Positions 39,766-47,492 of a stretch of 64,000 nucleotides of DNA are shown piece by piece; the stretch's first letter is position 1; every line of letters begins with the position of its first letter. Below the pieces are notes generated by a model that was not told the DNA's origin, searched no databases, and was given only the letters and a program-made list of their open reading frames with translations. The DNA is from Thalassobaculaceae bacterium. GTDB lineage: Bacteria; Pseudomonadota; Alphaproteobacteria; Thalassobaculales; Thalassobaculaceae. Where the stretch lies: NCBI GenBank assembly GCA_965228875.1, contig OZ245843.1, positions 4,756,616-4,820,615 of the forward strand. Reading direction: 5' to 3'. The translations under genes and the position numbers were made by a program.

Positions 39766-39944
39766 TTTCAATAACAATCATGCCCGTCGACTTCGAAACG
39801 GGACGCGATGCGTCGCGCGCATGGCGCCGTCGTGAAACATGCATGCCGGTCCGGCGCGGCGCGGCCCATCGGCTGGCGCAGGTGAGGGGGGCGCGATTCG
39901 GCACGGCCGGTGATCGTCGGCGGCTCGTTCCCGGGGCTGCTCCG

Positions 39945-39974
39945 TTGACAACCGCGCGACCCGGCGACGATAAC
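39945..39974 (+). promoter_or_regulatory. Putative tRNA promoter
   Basis: TTGACA, then CGATAA after a 17-nt spacer. Confidence 0.55.
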
Positions 39975-40009
39975 GGTTGCCGTCACTGGCGGCCCCGCGC
40001 CGTCTCGGC

Positions 40010-40085
40010 GGGCCCGTAGTTCAGCGGTCAGAACGCGCCGCTCATAACGGTGTTGTCGCAGGTTCGAATCCTGCCGGGCCCACCA
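40010..40085 (+). tRNA. tRNA with CAT anticodon, most likely tRNA-Ile2 (lysidine)
   Basis: GGGCCCG/CGGGCCC acceptor stem, CTCATAA anticodon loop, GGTTCGAATCC T-arm, 3' ACCA; G1-C72 pair rules out fMet. Confidence 0.93.
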
Positions 40086-40147
40086 CCCCGCCTTCCCGAA
40101 CCGGGCTGCGATCCTCGGGCCCTGCGGCTGACAGACCGGAGACAACG

Positions 40148-40966
40148 ATGGGGCTTCCCGAACGACAGGCTCTCGATCTCGACCATGGGCGTGTGACGTT
40201 CCGGCAGGCGGGATCAGGGCCGGACCTGGTGCTGCTGCACGGCCTGGCCGGCAATTCCCGGACCTGGGAGGCGCAGTTCGAGGCCTTCGCGCCGCGGTGG
40301 CGGGTGACCGCCTGGGACGCGCCGGGATATGGCGGGTCGGACACGGTGGAACCGACCGCCGACGCCTACGCCGCGGCGCTGGCAGGCCTGGTGGACGCGC
40401 TGGCCCTGCCGTCGTTCGTCCTGCTCGGTCATTCCATGGGCGGGGTGGTCGCCGGCCGGTTCGCGGGCCGGTATCCGCAGCGGCTGCGGGCCCTGGTGCT
40501 GTCCTGCACGCTGCTCGGGCGGCGCCAGGAGAAGGGCACGCCGCTTTCCGACGGCTACAGGGCCCGCCTCGCCGACCTCGAGACGCTGTCCGCGGAGGCC
40601 TACGGTCGCGGGCGGGCCGAGGCGATGGCGGCGCCCGGCTGTGCTCCGGAGATCCTGGCCCGGCTCGCCGGCATCGCCGCCGAGACCCGGCGGGACGGGC
40701 TGGAGGCGGCCATGCGGGTGATCGCCGAGGCGGACAATACCGACGCCCTGTCGCGCGTGGCGCTGCCGACACTCGTCCTGACGGGCGCGCTCGACCGGAC
40801 CGCGACGACCGACCTGACCGACGCGGTGGTCGATGTCCTGACCGCCGACGGGGCACCGCTCTCGACCGTCGCGTTGCCCGATGTCGGCCACGCGCCCTAT
40901 ATGGAGGACGCCGCCGCCTACAACGCCGCGCTTGCCGGTTTCCTGGACACGCTCGCGCCAGCCTGA
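40148..40966 (+). CDS. Alpha/beta hydrolase
   Basis: LLHG, WDAPGYG, GHSMGG nucleophile elbow, GH. Confidence 0.9.
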   Translation: MGLPERQALDLDHGRVTFRQAGSGPDLVLLHGLAGNSRTWEAQFEAFAPRWRVTAWDAPGYGGSDTVEPTADAYAAALAGLVDALALPSFVLLGHSMGGVVAGRFAGRYPQRLRALVLSCTLLGRRQEKGTPLSDGYRARLADLETLSAEAYGRGRAEAMAAPGCAPEILARLAGIAAETRRDGLEAAMRVIAEADNTDALSRVALPTLVLTGALDRTATTDLTDAVVDVLTADGAPLSTVALPDVGHAPYMEDAAAYNAALAGFLDTLAPA

Positions 40967-41099
40967 AATATCAGCCTGAAACGTCTGCGCGAAAATCCCT
41001 TTTTTTGTAGGGTTTTCGAAAATTTTCAGGGCTATTTAGCGAATTTTAACCTGTGCCGGTGATCCTGGTGTTCGAATGCGATGGGATCGGAGCCGCGCA

Positions 41100-43433
41100 A
41101 TGAGAACGTTGACGGGCTTGACGAGATGGGTGGCGCTGGCTGGGATCGCCGTCGCCCTGTGGGCGGCGGGTGGCCCGGCCCGGGCGGCCGACTCCGTCAC
41201 GCTGCAATTGCGCTGGGAGCCCCAGTTCCAGTTCGCCGGCTACATCGTCGCCAAGGAGAAGGGCTACTACGCCGACCGAGACTTGGAGGTGGACCTGCGT
41301 TTCGCCATCCAGCCGGATTCCGGGTTCCTGTCGGCGATCGACGAGGTGACGGAAAGCCGCGCCACCTTCGGAATCGGTTCCGTGGACGTCGTCTATGCCC
41401 GCGCCGGGGGCAAGCCGCTCAGCATCGTCGCCAGCGTGTTCCAGCACAGCCCGATCCGCATCTACACCCAGGGCGACGTCCCGGTGACCAAGCTGTCGGA
41501 TCTGGTGAAACTCCGGTTCTCCAAGGGATTCCAGCGAAACGGCCCGGCCGAGATCGAGCTGCGCGCCCTGCTGAGTCGCGAGGGTGTCGATACCACCAGC
41601 GCCGCCTTCCGGGCCGTCGGCGACACGTCGTTCGACGGCTTCCTGAATGGTGAGGTCGACGTCTATCCCGGCTTCAGCATCGCCACGCCCTGGATCGCGC
41701 GCCAGAAGGGCATTGAACTGCAGGCCCTCAGCCCGCAGGACTTCGGGATCAACTTCTATGGCGACTCGATCTTCGCGCGCGAGGACTATGTGCGCGAGAA
41801 CCCGGACGTCGTCGGCCGCTTCGTCGACGCCTCGCTCGCCGGGTGGCGCTATGCCCTGGAGCATCCGGAGGAGGCGATCCGCCTGATCGCGGAGCGTTAT
41901 CCGCGCCAGCGGCCGATTTCCGACGTTTCGGGTTTCAACCGTTTCCAGGCCGGCGAGGTCGCGAGCCTCGTGGACTTTCCCAGTGTCGAGCTCGGCAATA
42001 CCAGCCCGGATCGCTGGGAGGCCATGGTCGACCGCCTCGAGGACCTCGGACTGATCGAGGACCGGTCGCGGATGGAGGGCCTGGTGCTCGATCCGCTCCG
42101 TCTGGAGCTCGACGCCGCGCGGGACTTCGAACGAGCGGTGATGGTCGCGGTCGCGGTCGCGGTCGCGCTCGCCCTGCTCGGCACCGGATTCGCCGTTGTC
42201 CTGCGCTGGCAGGTGCGGCGCCAGACCCTTGAGCTGGTGGCGGCCAACCGACGCTCCGAGGAGGCGCGCCTGGCGGCGGAGGCGGCGGGAGTGGCCAAGG
42301 CGGAGTTCCTGGCCACCATGAGCCACGAGCTGCGCTCGCCGCTGACCTCGGTCATCGGTTTCGCCGAACTGCTGGGCGGGCGCCTGACCGGCGACCTGCC
42401 ACGCGATCAGGTCGTGTCCTACGCCAACAACATCGAGCGATCGGCGCGGTCGCTGCTCTACCTCATCAATGACATCCTCGACTTCGCCAAGCTCGACGCG
42501 AACAAGGTCGAACTGGCCAACGAGCCGTTCGTCCTGGCCCAGGAACTGGCCGATCTGCCGTCCCAGTTCGAGATCCGGGCGGCCGAGAACCAGGTCGCGC
42601 TGTCGTCCAGTTTCGACGGCCTGCAGCGTGCGGTCCGGGGCGACGCCATGCGCATCCGTCAGGTGATCTCGAACCTGGTCGACAACGCCGTCAAATTCTC
42701 CCAGGGCGGAAAGGTGTGTCTCTGCGCCACGGCGTCACCCGCCGGCAACGGCCGCGACCTGCTCACGGTGACGGTTCGCGATTCCGGCATCGGCATCGAG
42801 GCCGAGCGCGTCGAGCGCATCTTCGACCCGTTCCGCCAGGCCGACAGCACGACCAGCCGCACCTTCGGCGGCACCGGGCTCGGCCTGTCGATCTCCCGTG
42901 CGATCGCCCGACAGATGGGCGGCGACGTGGTCGTGCAGAGCACGCCCGGGGAGGGGTCGATCTTCACCGCGACCTTCATGCTCGAGTCGGCCGGCGAGTA
43001 CCGGGTCGCGCTGTCGTCGCCGGTTCGGGCGCCGACCGGCACCGCCCGGAACTTCGATCTGCGGGTGCTGATCGTCGACGACCTGGAAGCCAACCTGGAC
43101 GTGGCGGACGCGCTGCTCCGCGGCCTCGGCTGCGACGTGCTGCGCGCCCATAACGGCGCCGAGGCGGTGCAGCAGGCCCTGACCGGCAGCCCGGACCTGA
43201 TCCTGATGGACCTGCACATGCCGGTCCTGGATGGGGTGTCGGCGGCGCGCAAGATCCGCGCGGTGCAACCGCCGGGCACAGCGGTCAAGATCTTCGCCTG
43301 GACCGCCGACGTCACGGCCGAGCCGGGAGCGACCAGCGCCGACGTGAACTGGTCCGGCACCGTGCTGAAGCCGACCACCATGGAGACCCTGACCCAGACG
43401 CTGGAGCGCGCCACCCTGCCCTTCGCCGCCTGA
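41100..43433 (+). CDS. Hybrid histidine kinase with periplasmic NMT1/THI5-like binding domain
   Basis: LQLRWEPQFQFAGY..AKEKGYY, FLATMSHELRSPL, GGTGLGL, receiver LMDLHMP. Confidence 0.9.
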   Translation: MRTLTGLTRWVALAGIAVALWAAGGPARAADSVTLQLRWEPQFQFAGYIVAKEKGYYADRDLEVDLRFAIQPDSGFLSAIDEVTESRATFGIGSVDVVYARAGGKPLSIVASVFQHSPIRIYTQGDVPVTKLSDLVKLRFSKGFQRNGPAEIELRALLSREGVDTTSAAFRAVGDTSFDGFLNGEVDVYPGFSIATPWIARQKGIELQALSPQDFGINFYGDSIFAREDYVRENPDVVGRFVDASLAGWRYALEHPEEAIRLIAERYPRQRPISDVSGFNRFQAGEVASLVDFPSVELGNTSPDRWEAMVDRLEDLGLIEDRSRMEGLVLDPLRLELDAARDFERAVMVAVAVAVALALLGTGFAVVLRWQVRRQTLELVAANRRSEEARLAAEAAGVAKAEFLATMSHELRSPLTSVIGFAELLGGRLTGDLPRDQVVSYANNIERSARSLLYLINDILDFAKLDANKVELANEPFVLAQELADLPSQFEIRAAENQVALSSSFDGLQRAVRGDAMRIRQVISNLVDNAVKFSQGGKVCLCATASPAGNGRDLLTVTVRDSGIGIEAERVERIFDPFRQADSTTSRTFGGTGLGLSISRAIARQMGGDVVVQSTPGEGSIFTATFMLESAGEYRVALSSPVRAPTGTARNFDLRVLIVDDLEANLDVADALLRGLGCDVLRAHNGAEAVQQALTGSPDLILMDLHMPVLDGVSAARKIRAVQPPGTAVKIFAWTADVTAEPGATSADVNWSGTVLKPTTMETLTQTLERATLPFAA

Positions 43434-43434
43434 C

Positions 43435-43551
43435 CGCCCGCTCGCCCAACTCGGCTACTACGACTACACCAGCGTCACCGGGATCTTCGAGATGCGCATC
43501 CCCGGCGCCAGCGACGCCGCGGCCGATGGGCTGGAGGGCAGGCGGGAGTAG
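43435..43551 (+). pseudogene. C-terminal remnant of a flavin reductase-like gene
   Basis: Reads RPLAQLGYYDYTSVTGIFEMRIPGASDAAADGLEGRRE*, with coding-like codon usage and no start. Confidence 0.6.
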
Positions 43552-43633
43552 GGGAGAGGACGGCAAGCCCGGTGTGGCGGCGTCGCGGCGGATCGGTCAC
43601 TGTGTCGGTCCCGCCACGCGCCGAGGCCGTTTC

Positions 43634-44416
43634 ATGTCCGCGAGCTTCTCCTTTCCCGGCACCCGCGTCGTCGTCACCGCCGGAGCGTCCGGCATCGGGC
43701 TGGCGTTCGCCCGGCGCTTCGCCGCCGCCGGGGCGCGGGTGGCGGTGTGCGATGTCGACGCGGCGGCGCTCGAGGCGGTGCGCGACGGGAGCGACGGGGC
43801 GATCGCCATGCCGGCCGACGTCACCGACGAGGCGGCGATGGCGGCGTTCTTCGCCGCGGTCGAGGGGGCCTGGGGTGGCGCCGACGTGGTCATCGCCAAT
43901 GCCGGCACCGGTGGGCCGGCCGCGCGGATCGAGGACCAGAGCCTGGAGGGCTGGCGCGCCTGCCTGGCGGTCAACCTGGACGGTGCCTTCCTGACCTGCC
44001 GCTGGGCGGCGCGGGTGCTGAAGGCCGGCGGTGGCGGGTCGCTGATCCTGATGTCGTCTTCGGCCGGACTGCACGGCTACCCGAACCGCAGCCCCTACGC
44101 GACCGCGAAATGGGGGGTGATCGGCCTGGCCAAGACCCTGGCCATGGAACTCGGCCCCCACGGTGTGCGGGTCAACGCCATCTGCCCCGGCTCGGTCGAG
44201 GGCGACCGCATGGACCGGGTGCTGGCCAACGAGGCGAGGGCGACCGGGCTCGACGAGGCGGCGCTGCGGGCGCGCTATGTCGAGGGCGTGTCGCTGCGCA
44301 GCTGGGTCACCGCCGACGACATCGCCGACGCCGCCCTGTTCCTGGCCTCGCCGGCCGGCGCCCGGATCTCCGGCCAGGCCTTCCCGGTCGACGGCCACAC
44401 CCACTCGCTGGCCTGA
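43634..44416 (+). CDS. SDR family oxidoreductase
   Basis: TAGASGIG, ANAG, YATAK, VNAICPG. Confidence 0.92.
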   Translation: MSASFSFPGTRVVVTAGASGIGLAFARRFAAAGARVAVCDVDAAALEAVRDGSDGAIAMPADVTDEAAMAAFFAAVEGAWGGADVVIANAGTGGPAARIEDQSLEGWRACLAVNLDGAFLTCRWAARVLKAGGGGSLILMSSSAGLHGYPNRSPYATAKWGVIGLAKTLAMELGPHGVRVNAICPGSVEGDRMDRVLANEARATGLDEAALRARYVEGVSLRSWVTADDIADAALFLASPAGARISGQAFPVDGHTHSLA

Positions 44417-44574
44417 AGGGCGTCGGTCGACGTCGCGCCGCATCTGGCGCCGCGCCGACTCTTCGTCGAGGATGTCGTGATCGGACGGTTTCGGTCGGCC
44501 GACCCGCTCGACCTTCACAGAGACGACCCCCGCACACACAACCCCCACTTAAACGAAACCCAGAGGACTGATCC

Positions 44575-45684
44575 GTGACGGTGATTGTCGGAGGCGGCGT
44601 GTACGGCGCCGCGGTGGCCTGGCACCTGGCGAGACGCGGCGAGGCGGTCGAGCTGCTGGAGGCGCGGACCGTGGCGTCCGGTGCCTCGGGCGGGCCGGGC
44701 CGGCGCGGCGTGCGGGCGAACTGCCGCGACCACAGGGAACTGCCGCTGATGGTCCGCGCCCGCGCGCTGTGGCCGACCCTGCACGAGGCCCTGGGCACCG
44801 CGCCGCTGTTCGAGGAGACCGGCCACCTGCAGCTGATCGAGCGGCCGGTGGACATGCCGAAGGCGCAGGCGCGGGCGGCGCTGCAGACCCGTCTCGGCAT
44901 CCCGACCGCCTACCTGGAGGAGGCGGAGATGCGGGCGCTGGAGCCGGCGGTCGCGCCCTTCGTGACGGCGGCGCTGCACTGTCCGGGCGACGGCGTGGCG
45001 TTCCACGCGGCGACCACCCGCGCCTATGCCGATGCCGCGGTGGCGGCGGGAGCGCGGATCCGCGAGGGCGTGGCTGTCGACCGGCTGGTGGCCCGCGACG
45101 GCCGGGTGGTCGCGGTCGCCACCGCCGATGGCGACGAGATCGCGGTCGACGGCCGGCTGTTCCTGCTGGCCAACGCGGGCGTGCGGTCGCTGGTCGCGCC
45201 CTGGCTCGATCTGCCGACCTGGAACATGGCGTTCCAGGTGCTGGTGTCGGCGCCGCTGGCGGACAATCCGGTGCGCCATCTGGTCGGCCACGCCAGCCGC
45301 ACCCTGTCGCTGAAGCGCGAGCCGGACGGCCGGCTGATGATCTCCGGCGGCCGTCCCGGGCGCTGGGACGCCGCCACCGGGCGCGGTACGCCGATCCCGC
45401 AGGAGATTGCCGCGAATGTCGCCGATGCGGTCGCCGTCTATCCCACGCTCGCGGGGATCGAGATCGAGACCGCCGACACCGACCATCTGGAGGCGGACTC
45501 GATCGACGCGGTTCCGGTGATCGACACCCTGCCGGACAACCCGCACGTCATCTTTGCCGCCGGGTGGAGCGGTCATGGCTGGGCGATCGCGCCGGCGGTG
45601 AGCGAATTGCTGGCGGACTGGGCCCTCGACGGGCGGCGCCCGGACCCGCTCGCCCCCTTCGCCTTCGCCAGGTTCGGCGCGTAG
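44575..45684 (+). CDS. FAD-dependent amino-acid oxidase (DAO/sarcosine oxidase beta-like)
   Basis: IVGGGVYG, SGASG, GWSGHG. Confidence 0.85.
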   Translation: MTVIVGGGVYGAAVAWHLARRGEAVELLEARTVASGASGGPGRRGVRANCRDHRELPLMVRARALWPTLHEALGTAPLFEETGHLQLIERPVDMPKAQARAALQTRLGIPTAYLEEAEMRALEPAVAPFVTAALHCPGDGVAFHAATTRAYADAAVAAGARIREGVAVDRLVARDGRVVAVATADGDEIAVDGRLFLLANAGVRSLVAPWLDLPTWNMAFQVLVSAPLADNPVRHLVGHASRTLSLKREPDGRLMISGGRPGRWDAATGRGTPIPQEIAANVADAVAVYPTLAGIEIETADTDHLEADSIDAVPVIDTLPDNPHVIFAAGWSGHGWAIAPAVSELLADWALDGRRPDPLAPFAFARFGA

Positions 45685-45833
45685 CCGGGCGTCGGTCCGC
45701 CGCGACCGCGAGACACACGGAAAATGTCGGGTTTCGGCAAACCGCAGGTCGACCCTGGGGGAGAGCGGCGGTAGAGTTTCGCAGCTTTCGCTGCGCGGCC
45801 GAAGATCGCGCGCAAACAGGGGGGAAGAGGGCG

Positions 45834-46289
45834 ATGCTCAGGATGCTCTTGGTTCTCATCCTCGCGCTCGCTCCGCTCGGCTCGGCGGTCGCCCAGGGCG
45901 CGGGGGCGGTGATCGGCACCGTCAAGGTCGTGCACGGGGATGCCGGCGTCCGGCGCGGGGCCGATCACCTGGCCGCGGTGGAAGGGCTCGACGTTCTTCG
46001 CCGCGACGTGCTTGAGACCGGTAGCGATGGCTCTCTCGGGGTGACGCTGAACGACGGGACGCTGATCTCTCTCGGGCCGAGGTCGAGGTTCGAGCTCTCC
46101 GCCTTCGAGTTCGAGCCTCGGCGCGACGCCTTCGGGTTCCTCGGCCACATTCTCCAGGGCACGATGGTCTATCAGTCCGGCCGGATCGGGAAGATCGCGC
46201 CCGACAAGACGCGGATCAAGACGCCGCTCTCGGTCGTTGCCGTGCGTGGCACACGGTTCGCGATCCGCGTGCCGCAGGCGGGGAACTGA
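45834..46289 (+). CDS. Periplasmic FecR-domain protein
   Basis: Signal peptide, D.LETG.DG, DGT.ISLGP, KTP...AVRGTRF. Confidence 0.85.
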   Translation: MLRMLLVLILALAPLGSAVAQGAGAVIGTVKVVHGDAGVRRGADHLAAVEGLDVLRRDVLETGSDGSLGVTLNDGTLISLGPRSRFELSAFEFEPRRDAFGFLGHILQGTMVYQSGRIGKIAPDKTRIKTPLSVVAVRGTRFAIRVPQAGN

Positions 46290-46293
46290 GCCC

Positions 46294-47361
46294 ATGACGG
46301 ACGTGTCACCCAGCCGCCGCGACCGCCGGGGCGTCGAGAGTCTCCTGCGGGGCGCCTTCGCCGCGCTCGCCCTCCTCATGACGGTGAGTGCCTGCGCCGT
46401 CGGCCCCTATGACACCGGCGACCTCGCCGACATGCCGCCGCCGGACTCGCCGTTCCAGCAGGAACTGTCGCAGGCCTACGAGGCGCTCGGCGACAGCGAG
46501 CGGGCGGAGTACGACTGGCCCGATACCGCACGGTTCTACGACCGCGCCATCCGCGCCGCCAAGGGAGAGACGGTCGAGCCGGAAGCATTGGAGAGCCGGG
46601 CACTGCCATCCTCGGCGCGGACCGAACTGACCGCGGCGCGCCAGCGGCTTCTCGCCCTGTTCGCAGCGGGTGCGCGCTCGATCGCGGGACCCGCCAGTGC
46701 GCGCGGGCAGGCCGGCTTCGACTGCTGGATGCAGGAGCAGGAGGAGGGCCATCAGGCGGACCATATCGCCCGCTGCCGGGACGCGTTCCTGGCTGCGGCG
46801 GCCGAGATCGAGGCGGCCGTTCAGGGAGCGCTCGTCGTGCTCCTGCCGGACACCGACGGCAAGCTCGGCGTCATCCGGGTGGAGAATACCCAGGGTTCCG
46901 TCGTCCTCGACACCGCGCGGGCGAGCGCGCTGACCGCCGGCGTTGAGGCCGCGCCGGAGGCGACCGGCGCGTTCCGTCCGGAGGATGTCGATGCCGTCTT
47001 TGGCGCGGCGTTGGCCGCCGGGCCGGTACCGCCGGTGACATTCCTGCTGTATTTCGAACAGGGAACGGACGCGCTGACGGCGGAATCCGAGCGCCGGTTG
47101 ACCGACGTGCTGGAGACGGTCGAAGGGCGCAGGCTGCCGCAGGTCGAGGTGTCGGGCCATACGGACCGCAGCGGATCGGCCGCCTTCAACGATCGCCTGG
47201 CGCTGACCCGGGCGCAGCTCGTGGCCCGGGCGATCCTGCAGCTGGGAGTGCCCGACCGGGTGCTTACCGTCGAATCCTTCGGCGAGCGCGCACCCATCGT
47301 GCCGACCGCCGACGGCGTCTCCGAGGCGCGCAACCGCCGGGTGGAGATCGTCATCCGCTGA
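46294..47361 (+). CDS. OmpA C-terminal domain lipoprotein
   Basis: VSAC lipobox, FDCWMQEQEE, GHTDRSG, NRRVEI. Confidence 0.88.
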   Translation: MTDVSPSRRDRRGVESLLRGAFAALALLMTVSACAVGPYDTGDLADMPPPDSPFQQELSQAYEALGDSERAEYDWPDTARFYDRAIRAAKGETVEPEALESRALPSSARTELTAARQRLLALFAAGARSIAGPASARGQAGFDCWMQEQEEGHQADHIARCRDAFLAAAAEIEAAVQGALVVLLPDTDGKLGVIRVENTQGSVVLDTARASALTAGVEAAPEATGAFRPEDVDAVFGAALAAGPVPPVTFLLYFEQGTDALTAESERRLTDVLETVEGRRLPQVEVSGHTDRSGSAAFNDRLALTRAQLVARAILQLGVPDRVLTVESFGERAPIVPTADGVSEARNRRVEIVIR

Positions 47362-47492
47362 CGGGGGCGGCCCGGCCCGGTTCGTTCGGACGCGGCCGCT
47401 CACAGGGGTGCGCGACGGATGCTGGCGGTCCCGTCGCGCGGTGGCCCGGTTCGGACGCCGGCCGGAAGTGTGCCTCGACCGCTGGAGAAGGG

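Noticed and set aside
40010..40085. tRNA-anchored integrative element
   Set aside because: No integrase and no duplicated tRNA 3' end seen downstream in the window
40010..40085. Initiator or elongator tRNA-Met
   Set aside because: Paired G1-C72 excludes fMet, and the GGGCCC acceptor stem fits Ile2 better; tRNAscan-SE isotype models would settle it
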